Source of the DNA: Octopus bimaculoides
Taxonomy: Eukaryota
Assembly (NCBI RefSeq): GCF_001194135.2
Contig: NC_068981.1
Coordinates: forward strand, 153,119,120-153,183,119
Direction of reading: 5' to 3'
DNA: 64,000 bases
Position 1 is the first letter of the stretch, and every line of letters begins with the position of its first letter. Under the pieces are notes generated by a model. The model worked only from the letters and a program-made list of their open reading frames with translations, had not been told where the DNA came from and made no database searches. This document shows, piece after piece, positions 40,836 to 54,344 of the stretch. Position numbers and translations under genes: made by a program.

Positions 40836-41085
40836 CTCTTCAGTTCACAAACCTTTAACTTCGTTTTATTGAACCCACAGCTTATGGACTAGTTTTGCTG
40901 ATTTGTTTATAACTATTATCTGATTTCAAGCATTAAGTTTGTTTTCAATATCAGCATGACACGTTTGTACTCCACTTTTTCTAATTTACTCATTCATTTC
41001 TGTACATAGTACCATATGTAAGCTTCATTAACTCCAAAATGATTATAGTTATTTCGTTCTAATTCTCTGATTTCAGTGTCTAGAT

Positions 41086-41221
41086 CAGTCACGGGGAAAA
41101 TGCAGCCCGCAGGAATTTTCTGAATGGCACGCCAATCGAAAATTACCTTGAATATGTCTAGTAATGCGGCATGAACCATGTCTCATGCGGCCCATTTCTC
41201 GAAAAAGGTTGCACATGCCTG
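41086..41221. mobile_element. hAT (Charlie-type) MITE, 136 bp
   Basis: Ends 'cagtcacggggaaaatgcagcccgc' and 'gcggccc...aaaaggttgcacatgcctg'. Flanks gtctagat and atctaaac fit the NTCTARAN target consensus. Confidence 0.7.
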
Positions 41222-41299
41222 ATCTAAACCTAACTTAATTTGAGTTTCAATGAATTACTATTTTCTTTGGTAATTTTGTATCCTCACTTACGTATTTTA

Positions 41300-41730
41300 T
41301 TATTACCACAGAATAAGGCTAAGAGTTGGTACGCCGGCCAAAATGCATTTCATTCATCTTTACATTCCGAGTTCAAATTCCGCGGAGGTCGATTTTGCCT
41401 TTAATCCTTTCGAGGTCAATGAAACAAGTATCAGTTAAGCACTGTCGTCGATGTAATCGACAAACCCCACTTTAAGAATTCTGGCTTTGTGCCCATAGTA
41501 AAAGGGATTAGTACCACAGAATAAGGCGGCGAGTTTACAGGATCGTTAGCACGCCGGGGAAAATGCTTAGCAGCATTTCGCTGTCTTTAAGTTCTGTGTT
41601 CAAATGCTGCCGAGGTGGATTTTGTCTTTCACCCTTTCGGAGTCGTTAAAATAAGTACCAGATGAGCACTGGGATCGACTTCTCCTTCCCTCAAAATCTG
41701 CTGGTTCTGTGCCTGCTGTAGAAAGAAGTC
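41300..41730 (+). mobile_element. Tandem pair of SINE family A copies with a shared upstream linker
   Basis: Both copies are preceded by 'ta(t/g)taccacagaataaggc' (41301 and about 41509). Confidence 0.8.
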
Positions 41731-42539
41731 ACATATAGATTTTCGTAAGTTACCTGGTGGGTACAGTTCATTTTCTACAGTTTTTTAAGCCATACATATA
41801 ATATAGATAATTCATAATTTGTCTTGAGTGTTTGTAGCTATTGGTGGTTTGAATCACCAAACTTGTTAATAGAATCAAGAGAATAATAATTAATAGAAAA
41901 AAACATGGAAGAGAAATGGGTTCACTGCCAACATTTTTCTCTTGTGGAATGGATTATTAAAAAAAAGACTTCTTTTCGTTTTACAGTACAAGCGATGTTT
42001 TAGATTTTTATGCGATATGGGCGATATACTATTTCGCTTTGGGGCTTTTTTTCAATATATCATTTATTCAATATAGTAAATTTTTATGTATTTGCAAAGG
42101 ATTTTAAGCATGTGACTGAGATTAATCGTGGATTTCTTTTTACTCACGTTGCATAGTGAGGGATATTGTGTTTATTTATTATACAGCAATCTTCCGGGAT
42201 ATCTGGATGTTTCGGTGACCGCTCGCCTCTTCAAACAGGGTTCAAAGAACAAGTTACCGCGAAAACTTACAATAAAATAACAGTCACCATGAGATATAAA
42301 ACGACTAGGATGTGTATAAAGACATGGGGACATACAGGAGAAACGAAAGAAAAAAAAACACATCTATATAAAACAGAGAAAATCCTGTTTTATCAACATA
42401 GTGAAAATATTTCCAGGGTGCTCCACAGGGAATGATATTGAGTTAAAAAACTTAAAACTCCTATATGTGTGGATACGTGCATACGTGGATATGTGTATAT
42501 ATGGGTAAGCAGATGCATGCAAGTACACACACATGCATG

Positions 42540-42540
42540 T

Positions 42541-42591
<51 letters not shown>

Positions 42592-42962
42592 TGTGTTTTG
42601 TGCTTGTCTGAGCGGCGATGCATAATTGCAAGGATGAATACGTGCGTTTTGTAATATGCATGCGCTTATGATAGTGTCTAATCAGATTTACATAACTGTC
42701 TAAATATAAATGTATATGTACATAATGCCTTAAAATAAAAGATGTGTACATTCATGCATAGATGATGCTTCAGCGAATATGCTTCAAAGATTTCATACAC
42801 AAGCATACCCGAGTGTGTGTGAATAATCGTACACATACATGCAAATCTACATACATATATACATATACACATATACACATTTTACATATATAAATACACA
42901 CACACATATATGTACAGATGTATGAACATAAATATATATCAAAGCATGGAAATACACATGCA

Positions 42963-43024
<62 letters not shown>

Positions 43025-43139
43025 CATATATATATATATACACATATATATATACACACACACATATATATATATATACACACACATATATAAGTATATA
43101 TACATATATAGATATAGATGTAGATAAATATAAACATTT

Positions 43140-43172
<33 letters not shown>

Positions 43173-43270
43173 CGTATTATACATATACACATATACATAA
43201 ACACACGCACATACATATATGCATATGCACACAAACAAATACGCATATATATATATATATATATACATAC
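42540..43270. repeat. CA/TA microsatellite mosaic
   Basis: Direct reading. Confidence 0.85.
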
Positions 43271-43679
43271 ACAGAGTCATCAGCATTGGAAAGTCTATGA
43301 GGGGGCTAATGAGTGATCCCACAGTAAATTCGCGGTCACCCTTTATGAAATTTAGCTGGAAGCAACAACAGTTAAAGCAGTAGTAGTAACAACAACAACA
43401 ACAACAATAGTAAAAAAAAAAAGAAAGACGCTGAGAGGAAATTTAGTGTAAAAGACCAACGGCTTCACAGAGTTCAAATCCTACGTATGATTACTATTGT
43501 AAAAACATCACCTAATAGCTAGGTGAAAGAAACGTGGTCATAAATGCTTGCATGTAGCAACCATTTTTGAAAGAGACTAATTTCAAAGTCTCTAATAATG
43601 CTCATAGTATATAGCGTACACATAACCCAGTACTTCGAGAAAACGCATGTGCACTTATATAATGATATAATGACGCAAA

Positions 43680-43760
<81 letters not shown>

Positions 43761-43772
43761 GTTTCTACCAAC

Positions 43773-43837
<65 letters not shown>

Positions 43838-43928
43838 TGTATGTAAGTATGTATATATATGTATGTATACGCATGCATATATACGCACACATATATAGAC
43901 GCATGTGCCTGGGTATATATGAATATAT

Positions 43929-43968
<40 letters not shown>

Positions 43969-44820
43969 GTATTTCTGTAATTATGCATGTGGGTATCTGT
44001 GTGTGTGTGTATGCGTGTGTGTGTGTGTGCAGGTCACATAATACGGTGCTTACTAGACGATATCTCTTTCGCGATGGCTATGATTGTTTTCTCTGTCCAA
44101 TGAACATAATATATATAATGGGCAGAACAATTTTCTCTGGTCATCATTATCATCATCACAATCACACCCACCACTGCCACCAACACCAACGCCAACACCA
44201 ACACCACCACAGCCGCCGCCACCACTGCGAGCAACATTGCTCCCACCATCACCACACCATTCTCCACCATGATAATGACTACCATTTACTCCCATCAGCA
44301 CAATCACTACCACCTGAAAATGGACAGTACGACTTGATTTTAGCCACAGGATGACTCAGGCCCCTAAATTGACCACTTTTGATCCTTGTGACGATCAGGG
44401 AATCGTCGGCTTTCACTCTCCACAATTATGGTTTGGTGTGGCATAATAATGGGGTAAGAACCATTCTATTAACCTTTCTTTTGATTGGTCAGAAAGCTGG
44501 AAGGCTTCTAGGAAACAAGCTTAAAATCTGCCCAGTTTTGCAAGAGGCTGCTACATACGGCATCTGATATGATCGGATCAATTTTCTAACGTTATGTCCA
44601 CAAGGAAAGAAGGGAAAAGGGTCGTAAAACAGATTTTAACTCTGAACATTTATCACGCTCGATCCACTTATACACTCGTATATAGATTAGGTCATCCATA
44701 CTTACATTACTTTGCAAGAAGGGATATTCATAGAAAAGCACATACAGATGCAACTGCACGCATACACAGATGTGCATATGCATATGTGTATACATTGCCA
44801 TACATACATACATATATACG

Positions 44821-44899
<79 letters not shown>

Positions 44900-44935
44900 A
44901 TGTGTGTGTATGTGTGTGCGTGCGTGTATGTATAC

Positions 44936-44966
<31 letters not shown>

Positions 44967-45494
44967 CGCGTGTGCACATACCCTATAGGAATACTAAAAT
45001 AAGTTGAACATATTTGTATCAATCAATATCAGTCTTACATTTATATCGAGAGATGCAGGTATAGCTGTGTATATAAGAAGCTCGCTTCGCAACAATCAGC
45101 TTCTGTCCCGGTTTCAGTCTTGCTTCGCGGCATCTTGAACAGTTCTCTTCTACTGCAGCCTCGTGCTGACTTTTGATATGCAAGTGAAATTTATTAGCTG
45201 GAAATTGTGTGGAAATCCGTCGCATATACTTATGCACGTGCGCGTGAGTATTGAGATGTCTACTCGAATCTGGTACTATTTTGTTAAAACCTATTTGCCA
45301 AGTGGTTAAGTCACCTTTTCTGACATGAAGGTGCCCAACATGCAAGACGGTATTTGAGTCCGTGTATGTGCCAATGTGTATTCTTTTATTCTTTTAATCT
45401 TTTACTTGTTTCAGTCATTTGACTGTGGCCATGCTGAAGCACCGCCTCAAACGGTTTGAGCCGAACAAATCAACCCCAGGACTTATTCTTTGTA

Positions 45495-45750
45495 AGCCTG
45501 CTCGTGAATTAGAACGTGAGTAGTTGAGAACTCCACATGCACGCGTACACTTAACGTAGTTCTCAGGGAGATTCAGCGTGATAAGGCTGCCCCTGTGAAA
45601 TACGTGTACTACTCATTTTTGCCAGCTTAGTGGACTGGAGTAACTTGAAATAAAAATGTCTTGCTCGAGGACACAATGCGTCGCCGGGAAATGAACTCAC
45701 GACCTCATGATCGTGAACCGAATACCCTTACCACTAAGCTACGCGCCTTC
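45495..45750 (-). mobile_element. tRNA-derived SINE family C abutting or nested in a SINE B tail (45395-45495)
   Basis: Minus head gaaggcgcgtagcttagtggtaagggtattcggttcacgatcatgaggtcgtgagttcatttcccggcg, then ttgtgtcctcgagcaagaca and tccactaagctggcaaaaatgagtag. Confidence 0.8.
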
Positions 45751-45795
45751 ACTTAGGATATGCATAATGTATATATACAATACATATGACATAAT

Positions 45796-45835
<40 letters not shown>

Positions 45836-46829
45836 TATAAATTATATATTATATATATATATATATATATANNNNNNNNNNNNNNNNNNNNNNNNNNNNN
45901 NNNNNNNNNNNNNNNNNNNNNNNNNNNNNNNNNNNNNNNNNNNNNNNNNNNNNNNNNNNNNNNNNNNNNNNNNNNNNNNNNNNNNNNNNNNNNNNNNNNN
46001 NNNNNNNNNNNNNNNNNNNNNNNNNNNNNNNNNNNNNNNNNNNNNNNNNNNNNNNNNNNNNNNNNNNNNNNNNNNNNNNNNNNNNNNNNNNNNNNNNNNN
46101 NNNNNNNNNNNNNNNNNNNNNNNNNNNNNNNNNNNNNNNNNNNNNNNNNNNNNNNNNNNNNNNNNNNNNNNNNNNNNNNNNNNNNNNNNNNNNNNNNNNN
46201 NNNATATTTTCTGTGCTTTTCATTAGGATGTTATAGCTATAGTGTAGAGTAACATGGTAGAGCTTCCTGTGTGACGGACAGCGCTTCCTTTCCATAAGTA
46301 GTGCATACATTGTGTTGTATATATTTGCCTTATTTGCAATGTCTCTCACCAAAAAGACAAGATAGTTCGTCAAATACACAAATAGGAAGATCCCAAACGA
46401 GCTAGCGATAAGTTGGAATTAACGATGGTACAGCTGCGTTATTGACATATTTGCAACATGTTAGTTGTGTCAAATATTCACAAGACAATACAATTAGCAG
46501 ACTGCCAACAACGTCCGACAGTAGAAACTAGCAGTGAAAGAAATAAAATAAACAATTCTGGTTGAAATTCATGAACGCTGGCGCAATTTGAAAACAATAA
46601 ATAAATAAGATTTTTCTTAGCAAACATTGATTCATTAGCTAAATAAAAAATTAACAAAAAAATAAAATAAAATGAAAGAAGTGATTTATTGGCAGAAACG
46701 TTAGAATGTCTAACAAAATGCAGGTTCGATTACGAAACCATACCGAGGTTAACGTTATCTTCCGATGTCGATAAAATAAATTAGTAGCAGTCAAAAAAGA
46801 AAAAAAAAACAAGATTGGCTATAATAGTT

Positions 46830-47580
46830 ATTCCTTCCCACTAGTGTGTCGAGCTGGCAGAGTCTTTGGAAAACCAACAAAATGCTTAGAGTCATTTCTT
46901 TTGACTTTACATTCTTAATGCAATCTCTGCCGAAATCGGCTTTGCCTTTTATATTTCCGGGTTCGATAAAATAAATACCAGTTGAATCTTGCGGTCGATA
47001 TAATCGACTATACCCATCTCCTAAAATTTCAGGCAATGTGCATGTAGCAGAAGAGATTATTCCTTCCTACTAAATTCGTAGCTTCGCACTTAATTTAGAA
47101 ATCATTTAGTTTACTTCAGACGGTGAGCTGGCAGAATCGTTAGCACTCCGGGCGAAATGCTTAGCGGTATTTCGTTTGCCGCTACGTTGTGAGTTCAAAT
47201 TCCACCGTGGTCGACTTTGTTTTCCATCCTTTCGGAGTCGATAAATTAAGTACCAGTTGAACACTGGGGTCGATGTAATCGACTTACCTTTTCCCTCAAA
47301 ATTTCAGGCCTTGTGCCTATATTAGAAAAGATTATTTAGTTTACTTAAAACGGCGAGCTGGCAGAATCCTTATTACGCTGGATAAAATTGATTAGCGACA
47401 TTTTTTTTCCGGTTTTACCTCTGAGTTCAAATTCTGCTGAGGTCGGCATTGCCTTTCATCCTTTTGGGGTCAATGAAGTAAGTACCAGTTGAGCATTAGG
47501 GTCGATGTAATTGACTAGACCCTCCCCGCAAAATTTCAGGCTTTGTGCCTATAGTGGAAAGGATCATTTAGTTTATTTCA
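46830..47580 (+). mobile_element. Three SINE family A copies; the last two are a tandem with about 230 bp period
   Basis: Linker 'at(c/t)atttagttta' at 47101, 47331 and 47563. Confidence 0.88.
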
Positions 47581-48384
47581 GGTGTCCGTATGACAAAAGT
47601 AGTAGAGTGACAGATTAGATATTATACTGCAATATATAATGCTTCGAGTTCAAATCCCGTCAAGGCCGTTTTTGCATTTCATTCTCGATAAGGTCGATAA
47701 GGTAAGTACCTTTTATATACTGTTTTAATCAATTCAGTCGCATATACCGGCCCTCCTACATCCTTATGGCCTTGTGGTAATACCAGAAATCCAGGTACAT
47801 CAACATGCATGACGCCAGAAATGGCTAGGTACGATAACATAGAGCTCACAGTGCGGTAAACAACATTAAAGACAGCAAGCGTTAGTAGGATAATGTGGAT
47901 ATGCAAGCACCAAATCTAATTTAAACAGCAGATCCAACTCTGGGGTTGATCTTTGTTCTGGTATAGGTATAAAAAGTGAACACAAATGACGTTTGAAATT
48001 TACAAAGCTGTTTCGGTAGACTTTTATTAATGCATTCACAGATTTCATAATTAACTAATTTAGATAAATGAATTTAAATAGTATGGTTGATTGATCTCTT
48101 TGTTTCTTATTTGTCCGTTTTAGCAACACCTTTTAATCTTGTATAATCGAATGTTAAGTTTGATTGAACTACTGATCCAACAAACGTTGAATTTGTCCAG
48201 ATCGATGTAAGAAATCTTTCCTGTTTGAAATTTTACTTGATTAAAATTTCATCTGATGGTGGTGGTTTATATATTAAGATGTAATTTTCTATGAATGCAT
48301 TAATAAAATTCTATCGAAACAGCTGTCGTAAATTTTAAAAGCCATTTGTATTTACTTTTTATATGCATTATATAGTATAGGAAG

Positions 48385-48665
48385 CCAACTTCAAGGAATG
48401 TGATATTGATACTGAGAACTGTGAGAGAAATGCTCAAGATCGAGATCGGTGGTGATCCATCATCGTAGGGGGAGTAACAACTTTTGAGACCAATAAGAAT
48501 GCCGAACAAAAAAAAAAAAAAAAAAAAAAAAAAAGAAGAGGAGGCACAGAAAAGATATATCAAGAAGGAATCTTCCAGCCAGAACCTCCAGTCCCACTTG
48601 TGGAAGGAGCTTCTGAGCAAGAACTGGGCTCATCATTTAGGATCCATCAATAACACTGTGTAACA
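48385..48665 (+). mobile_element. RTE/BovB-like LINE 3' end
   Basis: KECDIDTENCERNAQDRDRW*SIIVGGVTTFETN, followed by a terminal zinc-finger-like PTCGRSF*ARTGL...RIHQ. Confidence 0.75.
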
Positions 48666-48849
48666 AAATTTTTATTTATTGTCTTTGCTCAGTTAGTGTT
48701 ATTTCTTGTTTATTCTATCTAGAAATCAACGGAAATGACTACTATTCCTTCCAAGCTTTGCTTTTGTGACCTGGACATCAATGTTTTGAAACTGACCTAT
48801 TTTCCATTACATTTAAGACAGATTCAGCGTTGTGTTGCTGAAGCAGAAA

Positions 48850-49110
48850 TATCGTTATAGAAAATATTCTGCTCAATATCACAGATTTGCTTGTCAGTTG
48901 CTTCAGCTTAACCACTTGAGCATGTCCCTTGGTGGTTGATAATATGTGCATCTCTTATAAACAATAATAGTGGGGTAGCATCATAGCCATGTGTTGAGAG
49001 AGATTCTTTGGGGTTTGAATAAATATAACGAAAGCAAAGTTTGGAGGACATATTAGCCATTTTTCATACTTTCTAAAGGGTTAGCAAATAGGAGATAACA
49101 TTTGCTACCC
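48850..49110 (-). repeat. Dispersed repeat family D, second copy
   Basis: Reverse-complement match to 38480-38650. Confidence 0.75.
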
Positions 49111-49582
49111 AAGGACAAAAATCGTGTTACACAGTGTAATATATAAAAAGGCCATCATCCTCGACTTGAAGGGATATACACCACGACGATGTTATACAAT
49201 AGTATAGTACAGTGTAATATAGTATAGCATTGTACTGTATAGTATTCCATAATATATATATAGCATATTTAATAATAGAAAAGTATGAATTCCAGAGCAT
49301 ATAAGGTTGCGTTGCTAAAATTCCATTTATGTCAAGATGACTTGACAATTCTGTCGGATGTCTCCGATGAATTAGAAATTAGTGCATATCTATGTTAAAA
49401 ATATTTCACAAATTTTGCCATTTCAAACTACACATGCTGATAAATAACTAGCTTTTTAAAGAGTTCTATAAAAGGCTGTTTTGTATACACAGGAATATAT
49501 TTCTGACGTTCAAGCATGCATGTGTTTGTGTATGTGTGAGCGTGTGCATGTACATGTATGTACATCTATATGTGTGTATGTG

Positions 49583-49629
<47 letters not shown>

Positions 49630-49818
49630 GCTGCATATATGTGTATGTAGGAAAGGCTTTTTGTGTGCGTGCATTTGTGAGTACTTAGACAAATGCACGC
49701 AACCTTCAAGCTTGTCCGCCACGCAAACTTTATATAAATATTACTCTACAAACATTTTGCTGCAATACTAAGAAGAACAACAAATGCACCAGAACAACTA
49801 CTACCACAACTACAAATC

Positions 49819-49819
<1 letters not shown>

Positions 49820-49858
<39 letters not shown>

Positions 49859-49911
49859 TGATGATGATGATGATGATGATAATAATAATAATAACAATGA
49901 TAATAATAAAT

Positions 49912-49942
<31 letters not shown>

Positions 49943-50630
49943 AAGAAGAAGAAGAAGAAGAAGAAGAAAAAGAAGAAGTTCATTATTAGACCCAAGGGCA
50001 ACATAAATCATAAATGCATTAATATTAGGTTACAGTAACGACTATGACAACAACTGCACAACCAAAACGGCAACAACAATTTCTAAGAAAAGGATGAGAC
50101 GATGATTGTTGTTGGCATCATCCTCCTCCTCATCATCATCGTCGTCATCGTCGTCGTCATCGTAATCATCGTCATCATCATCATCATCATCATCTTCATC
50201 CTTGTCTTTATCAACATCATCATTATCATCATTTTTATCATCATCATCATCATCGTCGTCGTCGTTATCATCATAATAATCGGCATCGCCATTTCTCACA
50301 TAGACACGGAGACTCAAATATGAAGAAAAATGGAGAGAGACAGACATGGTTTCCGTGTTTCTTTCTCTCCCGTTCCCCATTCCCCCCTCTCTTTCTCTCT
50401 CCTCTTTCTCCCCCCCCTCTCTCTCTGCAAGAATATTTATTAGCGCAGCCGACAGAACCCGACGTTGTCGTCATCACCATCATCATCATCATCATCACCA
50501 TCATTAAGAACAACAACAATAACAAAAATAACCACATCGGAGATACAAAATAAAAAAAATATAAAAAAGCAAACAAACAAAAAAAGCAACATCTACAACA
50601 ACTACAACAACAACAACAAAAACCCACAGC
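49820..50630. repeat. Compound triplet microsatellites (AAT/GAT/GAA/CAT/CAA)
   Basis: Direct reading. Confidence 0.85.
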
Positions 50631-52034
50631 AACCATCAAAACAAATATGTTAGAGCCGTGTTGGTGGCGTGTAGAAGTAAAGGCAAAGTGAAAGTGAAAG
50701 TGAAATATTAAAGAATGATAGAATGATAGAATGATAGAGTGATAGTTGTTTGCCTGCACACATAGCTTTGGTCTCGTTTCATTCTACACGCATACCTACT
50801 CAAGCCTATCATGTGAAGCACACAAACTAACAATAGCCGTTCATTAGCGGAGAGAAATCGAGGCGTTTTCCACCATTCATTTATATCCTAGAAGCACAAG
50901 TCTTTCGGTGTTTCTAATGATATCTGTACAAGTTTTGGGAAGGTTGTTGGAATCAAAAATGTGTACAGCTTCAGGCAAAACAGGTTCAGTGATTGGATCT
51001 GGAGTGAGTGAGCGAGTGAGTGAGTGAGTGAGTGAGTGAGTGAGTGAGTGAAAGATATAGGAAGTAGAGAAGGGCTGGCTGGTTTGGCTGGTTGGATTAC
51101 TGGAGGGTTGGCTGGTGGGATGGTTGGTGATGACAAAAATGCCATCATATTCATTAGTAAGTAGTGGGGTGGTGATGGTAATGTTGGTGGTGGTGATGGT
51201 GGTGGTGGTGATGATGGTGGTGGTGGTGGTGGTNNNNNNNNNNNNNNNNNNNNNNNNNNNNNNNNNNNNNNNNNNNNNNNNNNNNNNNNNNNNNNNNNNN
51301 NNNNNNNNNNNNNNNNNNNNNNNNNNNNNNNNNNNNNNNNNNNNNNNNNNNNNNNNNNNNNNNNNNNNNNNNNNNNNNNNNNNNNNNNNNNNNNNNNNNN
51401 NNNNNNNNNNNNNNNNNNNNNNNNNNNNNNNNNNNNNNNNNNNNNNNNNNNNNNNNNNNNNNNNNNNNNNNNNNNNNNNNNNNNNNNNNNNNNNNNNNNN
51501 NNNNNNNNNNNNNNNNNNNNNNNNNNNNNNNGGGGTAGACTAGAATAATAATGGTTTAGTGGTGATGATGGTGGTGGTGGTGGTGGTGGTGGTGGTGGTG
51601 GTAGAAATGGTGGTGGTAACTGTGATGGTTGTGGTGTTGGTGGTAGTGTTAGTAGTAGCTTGTTTGTGACGACCATGGTGGTGTAGGTATGGTGGTACTG
51701 GTAGCAATGATGGTGGTGATAACAGTAATGGCGATGATGATGTTGATGATGCTGATGGTGGTGGTATTGATGCCTATTTATGGTGATGGTGGTGATGGCG
51801 GTTGAGGTTGGAGTGGTGGTAATGATAATGATTATGAATGTGGCGGTTGCAAATGCTTTGTTATTTAGCCCTAGGTCAGTCCAGATCAAGCAGAACTACG
51901 ATAAAAGACATTCCAGCCACGGTCTTTTCCTCTTTTCAATATTACCCAAGACTTCGTAATCGTAAGTATCAATTCCTTTGTCAGATAGCGAGGTTTGATT
52001 TAAGAAATGCTTTGGTTATTATTCCCAGCAGGCT

Positions 52035-52336
52035 AAGGCGGCGAGCTGGCAGAATTGTTAGCACTGTGAACAAAATGCTTAGGGGCATTTCGTCCGTCTT
52101 TACGTTCTGAGTTCAAATTCCACTGAGATTGACTTACTCTTTTACTTGTATTCAGTCATTTGACTGCGGCCATGCTGGAGCACCGCCTTTAGTCGAGCAG
52201 ATCGACCCCAGGACTTATTCTTTGGAAGCCAAGTACTTATTCTATCTGTCTCTTTTTGCCGAACCGCTAAGTTACGGGGGACGTAAACACACCCGCATCG
52301 GTTGTCAAGCGATGTTGGGAGGGACAAACACAGACA
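52035..52336. mobile_element. SINE A head (+, 52035-52135) interrupted by a SINE B 3' half (-, 52135-52336)
   Basis: Junction 'gagattgact|tactcttttacttgtattcagtcatttgactgcgg'. Confidence 0.85.
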
Positions 52337-53079
52337 NNNNNNNNNNNNNNNNNNNNNNNNNNNNNNNNNNNNNNNNNNNNNNNNNNNNNNNNNNNNNNNN
52401 NNNNNNNNNNNNNNNNNNNNNNNNNNNNNNNNNNNNNNNNNNNNNNNNNNNNNNNNNNNNNNNNNNNNNNNNNNNNNNNNNNNNNNNNNNNNNNNNNNNN
52501 NNNNNNNNNNNNNNNNNNNNNNNNNNNNNNNNNNNNNNNNNNNNNNNNNNNNNNNNNNNNNNNNNNNNNNNNNNNNNNNNNNNNNNNNNNNNNNNNNNNN
52601 NNNNNNNNNNNNNNNNNNNNNNNNNNNNNNNNNNNNNNNNNNNNNNNNNNNNNNNNNNNNNNNNNNNNNNNNNNNNNNNNNNNNNNNNNNNNNNNNNNNN
52701 NNNNNNNNNNNNNNNNNNNNNNNNNNNNNNNNNNNNNNNNNNNNNNNNNNNNNNNNNNNNNNNNNNNNNNNNNNNNNNNNNNNNNNNNNNNNNNNNNNNN
52801 NNNNNNNNNNNNNNNNNNNNNNNNNNNNNNNNNNNNNNNNNNNNNNNNNNNNNNNNNNNNNNNNNNNNNNNNNNNNNNNNNNNNNNNNNNNNNNNNNNNN
52901 NNNNNNNNNNNNNNNNNNNNNNNNNNNNNNNNNNNNNNNNNNNNNNNNNNNNNNNNNNNNNNNNNNNNNNNNNNNNNNNNNNNNNNNNNNNNNNNNNNNN
53001 NNNNNNNNNNNNNNNNNNNNNNNNNNNNNNNNNNNNNNNNNNNNNNNNNNNNNNNNNNNNNNNNNNNNNNNNNNNNNNT

Positions 53080-53545
53080 GTGTGTAGCCCCTTGTGGGCA
53101 ATAAAGAAATAAGAAACGTTAGCACGCCGGGTGAAATGCTTAGCGGTATTTCGTCTGTCTTTATGTTTTGAGTTCAAATTCCGCCGTGGTCGACTTTGCC
53201 TTTCATCCTTCCGGGATCGATTAATTTAAGTACCAGTAGCGTACTGGGGTCGATGTAATCGACTGGCCCCTTCCCCCAAGATTTCAGGCCTGGTGCCTAT
53301 ATTAGAAAAGATCATTTAGTTTACTTAAAACGAGCTGGCAGAATCGTTATTACGCTGGATAAAATGCTTAGCGACATTTTTTCCGGTTTTACAGTCTGAG
53401 ATCAAATTCTGCTGAGGTCGACTTTGCCTTTCATCCTTTCGGGTCCGATAAATTAAGTACCAGTTGCGTACTGGGGTCGATCTAATCGACTTGCCCCTTC
53501 CCCCAAAATTTCGGACCTTTTGCCTAGGGCAGAAAACAATATTCT
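53080..53545 (+). mobile_element. SINE A alternative tail plus SINE A dimer
   Basis: 'gccccttgtgggcaataaagaaataag' followed by two family A monomers joined by 'atcatttagtttacttaaaac'. Confidence 0.88.
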
Positions 53546-53897
53546 TACAATAGTCGCTATGATAGTGTTGAGAGCGACCCATTTTGTAGTGCTGATTATA
53601 GTATGGGTAGTTGCAGTAGTGTTAGTAGAATCATTTGTTCTTATTATTGTAGCAGTTACTATGGTGGTGGTGGTGTGGTGACTCTTGCTGTGATGTTGGT
53701 TGTAGTAGAGGCGGTTGTGGTAGTATTAGTCTTTGTTTTGCGTGTAGTTGTGATTATTATAGTAGTTACTGTAGTAGTATTACTGGTAGCTCTTGTGGTA
53801 CTAGTTGTTGTGGTAGCAGTTATAGTGGTATTGGATGTGGCTCTTGTGGTGCTAATTGTTCTAGTGGTGCTTGTTGTGACATAGTGATGCCAGCGTT

Positions 53898-54270
53898 GAC
53901 TCTTGTTGTAATGGGAATTGCTATGATGTCAGTGTCGGGTTTTGTTGTGATGAGGATTGCTGTGCTGTTGGTGACGACTTTTGTTGTGGTGGGGATTTTT
54001 TTGATGTCGATGTTGACTCGTGTTGTGGTGGAGATCGCTGTGACGTCGACGGCGAGTCTTGTTGTGGTGGGGATTGCTGTCCTGTTGGCGGTGGTTTTCG
54101 TTGTGGTGCGAATTGCTATGATGTCAGTGGTGAGTCTTGTGGTTATGGAGTTGCTATAATGCTGGTGGCGAGTCTTATTGTGATGGGGATTGCTATGATG
54201 TTAGTGGTGACTCTTTCTGTGCGAGGATTGCTGTGATGTCGGCGGGGACTCATGCTGTGGTGTTGTACTA
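53898..54270. repeat. Degenerate 39 bp minisatellite, about 9.5 units
   Basis: Units such as gactcttgttgtaatgggaattgctatgatgtcagtgtc and gagtcttgttgtggtggggattgctgtcctgttggcggt. Confidence 0.85.
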
Positions 54271-54344
54271 ATTGTCTTCATGTTGTTGTTGTTGTTGTTG
54301 GTTTTGTGACACTGATTGTTGTTGTGATGTCGGTTGTTGTTAAT

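Noticed and set aside
42166-42435. 89 aa plus ORF after a 'ttatacag|' acceptor-like site
   Set aside because: No recognisable product, no good donor, and A-rich low-complexity translation.
45680-45750. tRNA-like sequence (A and B boxes, ttcacga loop); also the heads at 9340-9415 and 55287-55355
   Set aside because: The acceptor stem does not close and each continues into a SINE body, so these are SINE heads rather than tRNA genes.
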